64,000 nucleotides of DNA from assembly GCA_951406725.2 (NCBI GenBank), contig OX597815.1, positions 4,216,001-4,280,000 on the forward strand. The letters run 5' to 3'. Under the pieces are notes generated by a model. That model ran no database searches, had not been told where the DNA came from, and saw only the letters and a program-made list of their open reading frames with translations. The position numbers were made by a program, and so were the translations under genes. Positions 25,990 through 40,966 of the stretch are shown here, in pieces (the stretch's first letter is position 1; every line of letters begins with the position of its first letter). This stretch comes from Octopus vulgaris (Eukaryota).

Positions 25990-26345
25990 TCATCATCATC
26001 ATCATCATCGTTTAACGTCCGCTTTCCATGCTAGCATGGGTTGGACGGTTCAACTGGGGTCTGGGGAGCCCGAAGGCTGCACCAGGCCAGTCAGATCTGG
26101 CAGTGTTTCTACAGCTGGATGCCCTTCCTAACGCCAACCACTCCGAGAGTGTAGTGGGTGATTTTATGTGCCACCGACACAGGTGCCAGACGAGGCTGGC
26201 AACGGCCACGCTCGGATGGTGTTTTTATGTGCCACCGACACAGGTGCCAGACGAGGCTGGCAGACGGCCACGCTCGGAAGGTGTTTTTATGTGCCACCGA
26301 CACAGGTGCCAGACGAGGCTGGCAGACGGCCACGCTCGGATGGTG
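25990..26345 (-). mobile_element. Family D SINE with three internal ~61-62 bp tandem repeats
   Basis: tttatgtgccaccgacacaggtgccagacgaggctggca.acggccacgctcgga.ggtg x3. Confidence 0.85.
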
Positions 26346-26966
26346 ATAATAATGGTGATAATGATGATGATAATAATAATGATAATAATAATAATCCTTT
26401 CTACTATAGGCACAAGGCCTGAAATTTGGTGGGGGGCGGGCCAGTTGATTAGATCGACCCCAGTATGCAACTGGTACTTAATTTATTAACCCCGAAAGGA
26501 TGAAAGGCAAAGTCGACCTCGGTGGAATTTGAACTGAGAACACGAAGACGGATGAAATACCACTAAGTATTTCACCCGGCCAGTGTGCTAACGATTCTGT
26601 CGGCTTGCCGCCTCAGTAATAATAATAATACTGAATCCTTGCTGAAAAGGAGTCCCTCATAAGACATGACAGACTAGGGCAGTACAGCCACTGCAGTGCT
26701 TGTAAATGCTACAAAATTAAATTCCATGATAAGTGGTACAGGCACAATCCAGATGATGTAGTAAATGGTGAGCGCGTCACCATCCTCTTGCACTTCCCAA
26801 TACAAACAGACAAATTAACTCCAATCGACCAGACATTGTGATCAAGGACTACAACAGAGGAACTTGTCTGTTAATAGATATGTCTGCCCCACAAGATCAA
26901 AATGTCTCAAGAAAGGAATACGAAAAGATCTGCAAATTGAAAGCACAAAAATGTGGAAGCTTAATA

Positions 26967-27578
<612 letters not shown>

Positions 27579-27872
27579 AATGTGGAAGCTTAGTACTATG
27601 ATAATACCAGATGTGATTAGGAATGATAAAGAAGGGAGCTGAGCAGTATATTAAGCAACTCCCTGGTAACTCCAATCTCTATGAACTACAAAAGACAACC
27701 TTGATGGGTTCAGTCCATATACTACGGAAAGCACTCTGTGGAGATAATTTTAGCATGCATAGCAAAACAAAAGTGCCCTTGCTACTCTTGGCCTCCGGAG
27801 GATGCCCGGTACTAAGGAAGCTGAAATAAAGTTATAATGAAAACAAACCATACATAATAATAATTGTAATAA

Positions 27873-28425
27873 ATGCCCTGATGCAGTACCAGGCAGTGTC
27901 TCTCATGGCTTCTGAACTTAGCTGATTGGAAGTGTTATCATGTACATTGTTTTGTCTTGGTATAAAAGATGGCCTACAGCAAATATTCTGCTCAATACCA
28001 CAGATTTGTTTGTCAGTTGCTTGACCTTAACCAGTTGAGCATGTCCCTTAGTGGCTGACGATATGTGCATCTCCGATCACGAGCAGAAGTAGTGGGGGAG
28101 CATCATAGCCATGTGTTGAGAGGGATTCTTTGGGGTTTGAATAAATCACCTCTGGAAACATGGGTGTTTCATTCAACATACTTAAACAACCCTTATTCAG
28201 GGACCTTTTGAGCAGGATGGGTTACTCGACCAGAAGAAAATTCTAACTGGGCCCCACCTGCAAGGTCATGCTGTTTATCTTGTTATGAGATCACCATGTT
28301 GCACATATGGCTGTGATGCATGTGCCTAGTGTACCCTTTTCAGACGGGTAGTCATGATGGGTATACTGGGCTTCGTATATTTTACCCCAGTGTCACTTTG
28401 ATGGCATGCACTGCTCTCTCACTCA
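27873..28425 (+). mobile_element. Family E element embedded in (TAA)n
   Basis: atgccctgatgcagtaccaggcagtg...ctctctcactc(aat)n. Highly similar to 40967-41500. Confidence 0.85.
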
Positions 28426-29177
28426 ATAATAATAATAATAATTTTGGCACAAGTCCAGCAAGTTTGATGGAGCGGATAAGTCGATTATATCGACCCTAGT
28501 TCTCAGTTGGTACTTTATATCGACCTCGAAAGGCTGAAAGGCAAATTTGAACCCAGAACGTAAAAGACCAATGAAATACTGCTAAGCATTTTGTCCGATG
28601 TGGTAATCATTGTGCCAGCTCAGCACTTGTGTCTGTGTAGGAGTGCTTGTGGATGTGTGGATGTATTTGTATGTGTAACACTCCTTCCTCCGATCTTCAT
28701 CGCCGACACCGACCTAAAGCAGCCACGACTGTTTCCTGTTAATGATTAGACACTTTGTGAAACTTTCAAGTGATAGGCGTCGTTGGATTGTCTAAAGACA
28801 CTAACATTATCAACAACAACACACAACAGTAACAGCTATTGTTGTTGCTGTGGTCACCGGACTTGCTAAAAACAACAGCCAAATCTCTCTCAACACCTTA
28901 CCATATGTATTAAAGGTTACATTAGACTATACACAGGCTGGGCGCGTCTTTGACCTGGAGATAATAATAAGTTTACGTTAAACTCTCGGAGTGGTTGGCG
29001 TTAGGAAGTCATCCAGCTGTAGAAACTCTGCCAGATCAAGATTGAAACCTGGTGCAGCCATCTGGTTTCCCAGCCCTCAGTCGAACCGTCCAACCCATGC
29101 TAGCAGGGAAAGCGGACGTTAAACGACGACGACGAAGAAGAAAAAGAAGACACAACACATTTGGAAGGGTGCGAATT

Positions 29178-29302
29178 TATTATTCTTTAACAATAATAGT
29201 ATTGACAGTGACTTCGAAGTTTCGACCAATTAAGTCCGATGGTGACTTAAATAGTCGAAACTTGGAAGTCACTGCCAGTGCTGTTCTTGTTAAGGAATAA
29301 TA
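29178..29302. mobile_element. Short palindromic (hairpin) MITE
   Basis: ~58 bp arms around a ~7-nt loop. Partial relatives at ~12660-12720 and ~35055-35150. Confidence 0.7.
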
Positions 29303-31997
29303 CGCACTATTCTCTTAATATCTGATGAGATGGGTTCGTCCTTTGAGCCACAGGGAGCTGAGTCAAACTTATGAAATGATAATAATAATTACGTTGTGTG
29401 TGTGAAAAGTTGGGTTGCACTATATCCAGACAACATTATTAAATAAACTATTTAAAGGATCAATGGACCACGCTTTCGCGGTCCGTATTCGTACTGAAAA
29501 TCGAGATTGAGCGAGCTTTTGCCCTTTTGCTCGACGTGTGGTTTCCGTCCACGCTCAGCTCGCCTTGTTTATTATGCTATTATGTGAGCGAGCAGCGCAT
29601 ACCATCAAAGTGGTGCTGGTGAACAGGTATACGAAACCCGATAAACCCATTTTAATTACCCGTCTGATAAGGGTACACCAGGTACATGCATCACAACCAC
29701 ATGTACCCGACATGGTGACCTCATATCAAGATAAACAGTGCATGATCTTACAAGTGAGACCCAGTTAGAATTTTCTTCAGGTCGAATAGCCCACTTCGCT
29801 CAAAAGGTCCCTGAATGAGGATTAAGGATGATAAACGAAACGTCCTAGTTTCCAGAGGTGAATTATTCACCCCCCCCCTAAATGCTGCCCTTGAAGCAAA
29901 ATTTGAAACTATTAATATTATTATTATTATTATTATTATATGACATGATAGCGGCGAGCTGGCAGAATCGTTAGCACGCCGGGTGAAATGCTTTGTGGTA
30001 ATTTCGTCTGCCGTTTCATTCTGAGTTCAAATTCCACCGAGGTCGACTTTGCCTTTCATCCTTTCAGGGTCGCTTAAATAAGTACCAGTTACGCACTGGG
30101 GTCGATGTAATCGACTTAACCCCTCCCCAAACTGCCCTTGTGGCAAAAATTTGAAACCACTGTTATTATTACTGAGGCGGCGAACTGGCAGAATTGTTAG
30201 CACACCGGGCAAAATGCTTAGCGGCACTTTGCCTTAAGGTTCTGAGTTCAAATTCTGCCTGAGTTGACTTTGCCTTTTATCCTTTCGGAGTCAATAAAAC
30301 AAGTACCAGCTGAGTACTGGGGGTTCGATGTAATTGACTTAACCACTCCCCTGAAATCTCAGGTCTTGTGCCTGGTTAAACGAACCCGATAAGCTAGGTG
30401 TCTCTGCAAGGAGCCTACGAATCTTAAAGTCACCTGGGGCCGAATCAAATTGTTTTAAATAACCACCTACAAAATGTGTTGAGAACCTCTTTCTTCTATT
30501 TGTACAACCACCGTTATGTGTGTGTGTGTGTGTGTGTATATGCATGTATACGTGATTGTGTGACAGGTTTGTCGTATATGCAGACAGCATTATTAATAAA
30601 TTAAATTGTCAACAACTTCATAGCTACGAGACAATATTACACAACAGTAGAGCTGTCTTGTTGACTTAAAACATTCGGCAAATTATTTAAGTTTCAATAT
30701 CCGGTTCTGTCCCACACACTTCGTACTTCTTCTTCCAAACAACAAACACCCAGAACTAAAACGTCTGGTTTTGTTTGCTCCACACCCACACAAGCACTTT
30801 TATATATAAAAAAAAAAATCATTATTTTGCTGTCCCACGCAGTTTCAGATATTCTAATTGCTTTTGTACCTTTTATCCTGTTAAAACTGTTTGTTTATCA
30901 ATTTTAATCATGTTCGACTCGTCTCTCACGAGACACTTTGCTAAAGATTCTCAAGAGACTCGCTGTCCAATATTTGATAAAGGTTCAGTTTACAAATAAA
31001 ATATGTCGTAGAAAATTAGCTCGAATCAATGGAGGCGTGCAATGGAGAAGGCGTAAACGGCTTCGCATGTCCGTAGGATTAATGGACGGAAACATTCGCC
31101 ATCGTTACCATCATCTTAACATTCATTTTTCTGTTCTTGTATGGGTCGTCGGATAGAGTTTGAGGCAGATTTTTTTTCTATGGCCGGATGGCCTTCCTGC
31201 CCCATGGCCAGGTGCCCTTCCTGCCTCATGGCCAGGTGCCCTTCCTGCCCCATGGCCAGACATGTTTCCGCAGAATATTGGAGATGAAAAGCATTACTTG
31301 TATAACGGTGACGCTCACCTATAAGTACCAAAACACGGACACACTCACCCACAAATGCATGCACACGTACACACACACACACATACACACACGTTCATAG
31401 ACACATACACAAGTACATAGACACGCACACATACTTACCAGGGCGGAGGACAGTTTAAACTTTGCTCTGCAAACTAACGGAACACATGTTTTATATCTTG
31501 CACATGCTTCAATCATTGGATTGCAGCCATGCTGGAGCACCCGCTGGAAACAAACCGACTTCAGTGCTTAGCCTGAGATTTATTCTAATGGTTTTCTTTT
31601 GCCGAACTGTTAAGTGATGGGACTTAAACCAAACGACACTGGTTGTCGAGCGGTGTGGTGATGGTGGGGCAACATAGACACGATGGGCTTCTTTCATTTT
31701 CCGTCAGCCAGCTCCATTCATTGGTTGGCTTTAGTTGGCTCGAGATGCCAAGGTGCCCCGCAGAGGAATGGAACTCAAGACCATGTAGTTGGGAAGCAAG
31801 CTTCTCAGCCACACAGCTACGAATAACAGTTCCGGAATAGGGTTACCACATTAAACCACTAAAAATGTTTACAGCAGAGACAATGCTTGTGGGCGCACAG
31901 CTCCGTCACGTGACTTTTAGAGGCTCCCTGCGACGTTTTGTTTCGAGGCCCCATCCCTTCAATCAAAATTCATCATCTACACACCTTTTATTCATAA

Positions 31998-32406
31998 CTA
32001 GCAGCATAGCCCGGCGTTGCCCGGGTATGTAAGAGCCCCTAGTAGGCAACGACTAATCCCAATCTAGGCGCATGTGTAGGTTGCAATGTCTTCTCTTCAC
32101 TCGAATACTTCTGTGTATACGATGTTCCTAGCTGTCCCTTTGGGCGATAAAAAGGTCGAGTTGTGTCTCCTAGACAGAAAATGTGTTGCTTATAAAAAGC
32201 TTAGATTCTCGACCCCATGTCGAAATTATCGATTTTTTTCAGAACTGGGGGAACTTTTCAAAATTTTCGCTGCGTTAGTTTTGAATTATGACATTGGGCT
32301 ATGTGTGTGTCAAGTTTCATCAGAATCGGTTGAAAGCCGTGGTCAGGGTCAGGGTACAACCTGACAGACACACAGACAGACAAACTGCCGTTTATATAGA
32401 GAGAGA
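31998..32406 (-). mobile_element. Non-autonomous Helitron
   Basis: TC start, cccggg..ccggg hairpin plus CTAG end. ~200 bp nearly identical to 2540-2746. Confidence 0.85.
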
Positions 32407-33454
32407 TTATATTTTATTTTATTCTATCTGAAGTTCAATATTTCCCGTTATCCCAAAAGAACATCTTTAAAACCACAAGTTAAATTTATTTAGGTCTATT
32501 GCAAATTTCAACAGGTAAAACTTCCAGATTTGAATAAAAGAGCATTTTTATAATCCTGGCAACTTTTAAAGACAAACACGGGGCACTTTTGGCTTCGTGA
32601 AAATTTGGATCAGTTCAGAATAATCAAGCTGAGAGCTAAGTTCTTGTTCAATTGATATCATAGACAATCCACAAAGTCTGGTACACGTTCGTGGTACAAT
32701 GTAATATTTTTACAAGAATTTTTGCAGGAACAATGTATTACCATTATATTTCTTGAAAATTTCAGTTAACATAATTTAATTCTTGTTCAACATCTTAACC
32801 AAAGTAAATAGATGACTCCTCTACGTACTTGGAGGCCCCCTGCGAACGCAGGGGTTGCAGGGACTTAGCGACAGCCCTGTGTGTGCAATGGACATCTTTT
32901 CTCTTTTATTGGTTTCAGTCATTGCACTGTGGCCATGCTGGGGCACCGCTTTGAAGCATGTTTAGTCGAACGAATCTTTCTCTTTAAGACTTGTACGTAT
33001 TCAGAAGTGGCTCTGACCATCACAAAAACCACACACACACACACACACACAACGGGCTTCTTTCATTCACAAGGTTTTTTTGTCTACCTGAAACTATAGT
33101 AAAACACGCCATGCAGTGGGACTGAACCCGCAACCATGTGGTTGGGAAGCAAACTTCCTACCACAGCCACACCTGCGCCTGTCTGCTTAGAGGCAAAGGA
33201 AGGCGTTTAGCTTCACAAGATTTTTATTCCTGGTGTTATTGTATTGATACACCAGTTATTGATTTGGCATTATTTTAATTATTGATTTCTCCCAATGTAA
33301 ACATAAATATTGATTGAATATTGAATTCAGGCTTAGCTGTTGTTTGTTTAACAATTTAGTTAATTTTTTTTTATTCCCACCAGCATTTCCCAGTCAATAA
33401 ACGGTAAACTATTTGATAGGTAATTAGAAAATTAAATCTGGATGTATGTGCATA

Positions 33455-33810
33455 CGACGACGAGGGTTCCAGTTGATCCGATCAACGGAACAGCCTGCTC
33501 GTGAAATTAACGTGCAAGTGGCTGAGCACTCCACAGACACATGTGCCCTTAATGTAGTTCTTGGAGTAGATTCAGCGTGACACAGAGTGTGACAAGACTG
33601 GCCCTTTGAAATACAGATACAACAGAACCAGGAAGAAAGAGTGAGAGAAAGTTGTGGTGAAAGAGTACAGCAGGGTTTGCCACCACCCCCTGCTGGAGCT
33701 TTGGGTATTTTCGCTCAATAAATACTCACAACACCCCATCTAGGAATTGAAACCACGGTCCTACCACCGCGAGTCCGCTGTCCTAACCACTAGGCCATTG
33801 CGCCTCTACA
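33455..33810 (-). mobile_element. SINE family C
   Basis: Homologous to 4915-5224. Confidence 0.8.
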
Positions 33811-33881
33811 TACATGCGCACTCACATACACACACACGAATGTGATCGTGTGTACATGTGTAATATGTACGTATGTATATA

Positions 33882-33940
<59 letters not shown>

Positions 33941-34697
33941 CAAAATAATATGATAAACGAAATTGGGATGTATTCCATCTCGATCACAGATTTTTTAAAA
34001 TTAATTTGTTTTAACTAAACAGTTTAAAACTTGGAATACTGGTAGAATTTCTCACGTAGAACACGGTTTACTCTGAACGTTTTTGAGAAAATTTCGTATT
34101 TTAGAAGTTATTTCGTGTTGTCGTATTTGAGTAATTTCAACCAATCAACGACGTGCATTCGATTGAAGACAACTACTGCTGTGTACGATAGTAATCGAGG
34201 AGGAACAACTTCCGGGTCATCTCTACTAAATGTCACGACTCTGTTCGAAGTATCAACACCAAGAAGGAAGAAATATTATTTACATATATTTATTCGTTTG
34301 CCCAACATCAGTATTTTTTATCCCCACATAAAGCGCGCTGGTGTTTAAAAGACTTACAGAGTAACGAGTCCGCACCTAGCTTTTTTGTTGTTGACGTGTT
34401 TGTGGTTTCAAAATATCTTGCTTTACAACTATGAGATGTTTTATTATTGTTGTGATTTTATCTTTCTATAATCAACAACAAACACATTTCGTCAGTATAA
34501 AAGTCTTTATTAGATAAAAAAAAAGTAACATTATCAAAATATGAAGGTAAAATAAAACAAATACCGGTTTATACACCGGAAAATACGATAATTGTAGTGG
34601 CAGTGATAAGTTCGCTCACTGGTTGCTAGTTGATAGTGTAGAAGGGAGGGAAAGAGTAAGGAATGCATGGTGCTAACTAGAAAGGACGAAAGGATAA

Positions 34698-34995
34698 AAG
34701 TGGCAAGACGTTCAGAGTATGGCAGATGCCTGACGGCAGGTATTCGTTTTGTAGCGCGTTTCTGAACAGTTTCCAGGAGATTTATACGCTGAGCAAGATA
34801 GGGGTTCCAGACTGCTGATGCAAATTCCAAGGGTGGCCGTACTATTGTCGTATACAATTTTAAATGGATAGCTGGAGAATGGACGGCAAAGATCTTACTG
34901 AGTGATGCTAGGACACCGTCAGCCTTTTTGACAATCTTAGAGACGTGGTTTGTCCAACGAAGATCGTTGTTTACGGTCATACCCAGATCACGTCC
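34698..34995 (-). pseudogene. CR1/L2-group LINE ORF2 fragment (post-RT region)
   Basis: RDLGMTVNNDLRWTNHVSKIVKKA...KLYTTIVRPPLEFASAVWNPY...LETVQKRATK. Confidence 0.85.
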
Positions 34996-35155
34996 GCCAG
35001 AAGACAGCAATAAAAATAATTTTTCATTTATCTGATGGCCTAGTTTATACTTTGGTAGAGTACAAATTTATTATTCTTAAACAAGACAATGGTTTAACTG
35101 GCCAAAACTTCGAAATCACTGTCAATAATATTCTTGTGCAAGAATTTAAAAATCA

Positions 35156-35512
35156 TAGCTTGCTTACCAACCACATGGTTCCGGGTTCAGTCCCACTGCG
35201 TGGCTCCTTGGGCAAGTGCCTTCTACTGTAGCCTCGGGCCGACCAAAGCCTTGTGAGTGGATTTGGTAGACGGAAACTGAAAGAAGCCTGTCGTATATAT
35301 GTATATATATATGTGTGTGTGTCTGTGTTTGTCCCCCTAGCATCGCTTAACAACCGATGCTGGTGTGTTTACGTCCCCGTTACTTAGCGGTTCGGCAAAA
35401 GAGACCGATAGAATAAGTACTGGGCTTACAAAGAATAAGTCGATTTGCTCGACTAAAGGCGGTGCTCCAGCATGGCCGCAGTCAAAATGACTGAAACAAG
35501 TAAAAGAGAAAA
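35156..35512 (+). mobile_element. SINE family A
   Basis: Near-complete copy with tail. Confidence 0.9.
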
Positions 35513-36934
35513 GATATATATGAAGCATTGGGTAATAGTTTGCATTAGCCGTATAACACTTCTCCCTCCCTCCCTCTCTCTCTCTCTCCTACACGCACAC
35601 ACACACACAATGTAAGAAGCTAAACATTTTAGCCGGAAACTAGGACAGAAGTGGTTCATGCTTGGTGTTGAAATTCCAGCGTATTTCTTTGGCTGACGAC
35701 AAGCCTTTAGTCAAGGATAAAAAACCCCAGCAAACACAACAAACAATAGACTCATTGAAAACAAACAGAAAACTCTACAAAAATAAAAGAGTGAGAGGCA
35801 ATGAAGGAGGGTGCGTTGGTGGCAGGGGGAGAAGAGGGAGAGTGGGAGAAATAATAATAGGAAGTAAATGAGAGAGAGAGAGAGAGGTGGGAGTGAGAAA
35901 ACGTGTGAAAAATATGAAGAAATTTGAGCAATTCTAGTTGAAGCGGTGGTGGTAAATATTTCGTAATTATTACCAATAATGCGATCTGTGTACACGTGAT
36001 TTCGGTATAGGTACATATAGGCCCATGCGAGGCTGTGTGGTAAGAAGTTTGCTTCGCAACCACATGGTTCCGAGTTCAGTCCTACTGCATGGCACCTTGG
36101 GGACTGTCTTCTACTATAGCCTTGGGATGACCAAAGCCTTGTGGAAACTGAAAGAAGCCCGTCTCACACACACACACACACACACATTGTCTGTTTTTTT
36201 CCGTCCTTGTTTTTGTATACATTCACTGCTTTCTTCCAAGGAATCTAATGCTCTTGGCTTAGTTTTTTCCTTGGGACTGGCCAGATTGGAGCAATCTCAA
36301 GTATAATCAGCCGAAATTGAGAGGATAATCTGGTGGTTGACTGAAGAAAGAAAACTTCGATTGACCCGTCCTTGTTTTCTTTGTATCGTCTATCTGTTTT
36401 GTTGTCCAATTTTTGTATCATCTAGCTGTCCGGATGTTTTGTGTTCGTGTCCCATTTTGTATGTGTGTGTGTGTGTGGGGTCTGTGTTTGTCCTCCCAAC
36501 ATCGCTTGATAACCGATGCTGGTGTGTTTAGGTCCCCGTAACTTAGCGGTTCGGCAAAAGAGATCGATAGAATAAGTAGTAGGCTAACAAAGAATAAGTC
36601 CTGGGGTCGATTTGTTCGACTAAAGGCGGTGCTCCAGCATGGCCGCAGTCAAATGACTGAAACAAGTAAAAGAGTTTGTGTCCAATCACTGATTGACAAC
36701 CGGTGTTGAAGTGTTTATGTCCCCGTAAATTAGCGGTTCGGGGAAAAGAGAATGATAGGTCATGGACATAGTTTGAACCCTGACCCTGCTGGATTGACAT
36801 TGACAGACCAGTTCAAAGATGGGAGCGATGTCACTTGCCCTGACCATCGGTGTCACAAGTGGAATATTTGCGCCACTGATATGACATCTGTCTGTCTGTC
36901 TCTCTACATAACTACAGGTGCTGTGTGGTAAGTA

Positions 36935-37789
36935 GTTTGTTTCCGAACCGCATGGTTCCAGGTTCGTTCCCACTGCATCGCATCACGGGCAAGAGTCCTT
37001 TATTATAGCCCCAGGTTGACCAAAGCCTTGTGAGTGGATTTGATACATGGAAACCGTCGATCCCTCCGTGGTGTTGTTTTGTGTTTATAATAAAATAAAC
37101 ATATACAAATTATAAAAAAAAGATATATACAGTAGAGTATTGTTTCTACTTTGCGGATTTTCACTTATCGTGGGTGGCAGGGTTGGAACGTAACACCCGC
37201 AATAGTCGAGGGATAACTGTATACAGTCTCCGCTGTATGTGTGTGTATATACATGTATAGCTATGTAAGTGTGTTAATATGTGTGTTTGTGTCTCCTTGT
37301 TTTGACAATACATAATAGTTGTAGGTGAGTCTCACCGTCATACATGTGGTGTCATTCGTTTCGACAATTCTGCAAAAGGATGTCTGACCATGGGGGAAAT
37401 ATCTTCCTTGGAAACTGGTGAGGGTTGGCGACAGGAAGGGCACCTGGCTGTAGAAATTCTTCCCCAACAAAGTCCCACGCAAACCAATGCAATGTCTTCT
37501 GCTATAACGTCCGGCAGAGAAGTGATTTGGTTCCCGTTCAACTTGAAGTGACAAAAGTCTTGCTTTCAATAATTCCCATGGTTAACCAAACATTTGTCTT
37601 CTACCTTTGCTCTGGTTTGACCAGAGACTTTTTCCTGTTAGCATCTCTCTGCCTCAAATCCTGTTTTCTCTTTATCCTCAAGATGACCAAAACGTGTGTC
37701 CATTGTTGTCCCAGGAATACCAAATCCTTCTTTTCTACATTCCCTCAACTTGCTCTAGGGCATTGTCACTTATTATAGCCCTGGCTGAC
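36935..37789 (+). repeat. Copy 1 of ~860 bp direct duplication
   Basis: Nearly identical to 39257-40118. Confidence 0.9.
37130..37219. mobile_element. pogo/Tigger-like MITE remnant
   Basis: TA|CAGT...ACTG|TA termini. Duplicated at 39461-39550. Confidence 0.55.
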
Positions 37790-38745
37790 CCAAAGAATTT
37801 TCTCTTGTCGGACCAGGACTTGTTTTTTCCTATCTCCGGTCTTACTAAAGCTTTGACTTCTGCTATTATACATGGCTCTGATTAAGGCGGGGGTGAGATG
37901 GCAGACACGTTAGCACGCCGGGCGAAATGCGTAGCCGTATTTCATCTGCCGTTACGTTCTGAGTTCAAATTCCGCCGAGGTCGACTTTGGCTTTCATCCT
38001 TGCGGTGTTGATAAATTAAGTACCAGTTACGCACTGGGGTCGATGTCATCAACTGGCCCCCTCCCCCAAAATTTCGGGCCTTGTGCCTATAATAGAAAGG
38101 ATTATACATGGCTCAATTTTTTGTCTTCAGCTATTCACCCTTTTGACCAAAACATTGTCTTCTATATAGTTATGGACTAACCATCGTCTTGAATTATGTC
38201 ACCGAGCTGACCAAAGCTTTCACTGTTATTGGTCACAGGCTGACCTTAGCCTTGACCCGGATTGATCAATGTCATCTTTCCTGTTTGCTTAGAGCTGAAC
38301 AAATTCCTTTCTTCTACTCTAGCCTCGGACTGAACAAAACCCTCTCTTTTACTGTGACCTCGGGCTAAACAATCCCTTTTTCTTTTACATCATCCCATGC
38401 TGCCAAAAGCGTTGTCTTTACTATAACTGCAGACAGACGAAAAATTTGTCTTCTGCCAGACATGCCCCCCCCCAAATCTCTGTTGTCTGTTAGTCCTCCA
38501 CCCCGGCTTACCAAAACCCTTTCATCTGCTGGCCTTAATTCTGCTGTAAACCTGGGTTAAAGATTTTTTTAAAATATATAATCCCATATTTGCCAAAGTC
38601 TTGTCTCTGCTATATCTTCAGGCTGACCAAAGATCTGTCTCTTGCGAGACCAGGGTTGGCGATAAATAATCTTGTCTTCTACTCCAGCCTCGTGTTGAAG
38701 AAACCATGGTCATCTACTTTAGTGCCACACTGACCAAAGCAATTT
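37485..38745 (+). repeat. Ancient degenerate ~35-38 bp minisatellite derived from SINE family A
   Basis: Recurring ttgtcttct.cta...gctgaccaaa.c units resembling the SINE segment gtcttctactatagcctcgggccgaccaaagcctt. Confidence 0.6.
37884..38100 (+). mobile_element. SINE family B with 14-bp TSD
   Basis: attatacatggctc at 37865-37878 and 38101-38114. Confidence 0.9.
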
Positions 38746-39256
38746 CACAATAGTATTGTGTCTCTCGTTCTCTCCACCCCTCCCTTCCTCTGTCTCTCTC
38801 AACCTCACACCCTCTCTCTCCTCTCTCTCCCCCTTTCTCTCTGTTGAAGTGTGTGCGCATCTGTTTGTCTGAGGAGAGAGGGAGTGTTTATGTCAATCGT
38901 GTTCAGTTAATAAATTATAATCTCTCTCTCTCTCTCTCTCTCTCCCATTCTTTCTATCTATTCGTCTCTCCCTCTCTCTCTCTTACTCTCCTGCCCGCAC
39001 CATAAAGTACTACCCCCAAAACATACTGGATGTCCAGTCAGCCGTGTCAAATAGATACCTATACAAACAACTGTCCCCAACCGTTCCATTCCGATATTTA
39101 GTCATTGCATCTGTTACAGTGAGAACCAACGAATCAGTGGACAATATTCCTTCGGTTTTTAACCTCTAACCTTTGGGGATTGTCTTCTACTATAGCCTTG
39201 GGATGACCAAAGCCTTGTGAGTGGATTTGGTAGATGGAAACTGAAAGAAGCCCGTA

Positions 39257-40118
39257 ATTTGTTTCCGAACCACATGGTTCCAGTTCATTCCCACTGCATC
39301 GCATCACGGGCAAGAGTCCTTTATTATAGCCCCTGGTTGACCAAAGCCTTGTGAGTGGATTTGATACATGGAAACCGTCGATCCCTTCGTGGTGTTGTTT
39401 TGTGTTTATAATAAAATAAACATATATAAATTATAAAAATGATAATTAAAAAAATATATACAGTAGAGTATTGTTTCTACTTTGCGGATTTTCACTTATC
39501 GTGGGTGGCAGGGTTGGAACGTAACACCCGCAATAGTCGAGGGATAACTGTATACAGTCTCCGCTGTATGTGTGTGTATATACATGTATAGCTATGTAAG
39601 TGTGTTAATATGTGTGTTTGTGTCTCCTTGTTTTGACAATACATAATAGTTGTAGGTGAGTCTCACCGTCATACATGTGGTGTCGTTCGTTTCGATAATT
39701 CTGCAAAAGGATGTCTGACCATGGGGGAAATATCTTCCTTGGAAACTGGTGAGGGTTGGCGACAGGAAGGGCACCTGGCTGTAGAAATTCTTCCCCAACA
39801 AAGTCCCACGCAAACCAATGCAATGTCTTCTGCTATAACGTCCGGCAGAGAAGTGATTTGGTTCCCGTTCAACTTGAAGTGACAAAAGTCTTGCTTTCAA
39901 TAATTCCCATGGTTAACCAAACATTTGTCTTCTACCTTTGCTCTGGTTTGACCAGAGACTTTCCTGTTAGCATCTCACTGCCCCAAATCCTGTTTTCTCT
40001 TTATCCTCAAGATGACCAAAACGTGTGTCCATTGTTGTCCCAAGAATACCAAATCCTTCTTTTCTACATTCCCTCAGCTTGACTCTAGGGCATTGTCACT
40101 TATTATAGCCCTGGCTGA
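39257..40118 (+). repeat. Copy 2 of ~860 bp direct duplication
   Basis: Nearly identical to 36935-37789 with small indels. Confidence 0.9.
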
Positions 40119-40966
40119 CTTTGCCTTTCATCCTTTCGGGATCGATTAAATAAGTACCAGTTACGCACTTGGGTCAATATAATCGACTTAATCCGTTTGT
40201 TTGTCCTCTCTGTGTTTAGCCCTTGTGGGTAGTAAAGAAACAGGTATTTCGTCTGTCTTTACGTTCTGAGTTCAAATTATGCCGAGGTCGACTTTGGCTT
40301 TCATTCTTTCGGGGTCGATAAATTAAGTACCAGTTGCGTACTGGGGTCGATGTAATCAACTGCCCCCACCTCTCTGAAAATTTCAGGCCTTGTGCCTATA
40401 ATAGAAACGAATGTTTTTAGGCAGCGAGCTGGCAGAAACGTTAGCACACCGGGCGAAAGCTTAGCGGTGTGTGCCTATAAAAAATACTTTAGCAGAGTTT
40501 AGTTAGGCTCTACAGACCTGAGTTATGGGCCCAGCGTGCTTCCACTGCGCCAGAATTTTGGTAAGGATAAGATTTTGAAGAAATTTCCGTAATAAAATAA
40601 GATACGCTTCAGTGAATGTTCATTCCGAAACTTCACCTTTAAACATTTTATTGAGCCGTTAAAGATTGATTATAAACTATAAAGTTTAATAATAATATTT
40701 CAAATTTTTGCCACAAGGGCAGCTTGGGGGAGATGGGGTGAGTCAACTACATCGACCCCAGTGTCCAACTGGTACTTAATTTATCGACCCCGAAAGGATG
40801 AAAGGCAAAGTTGACGTCGGCGGAATTTGAACTCGGAATGTAGCGGCAGACGAAATACCGAGAAGCCCAATGTACGCCACTTGAAACCGTATGGCATTAT
40901 TACCAGCTTTAGAAGCCGAGCAATGGTAATAATAATAATAATGATATTGATAATAATAATAATAAA

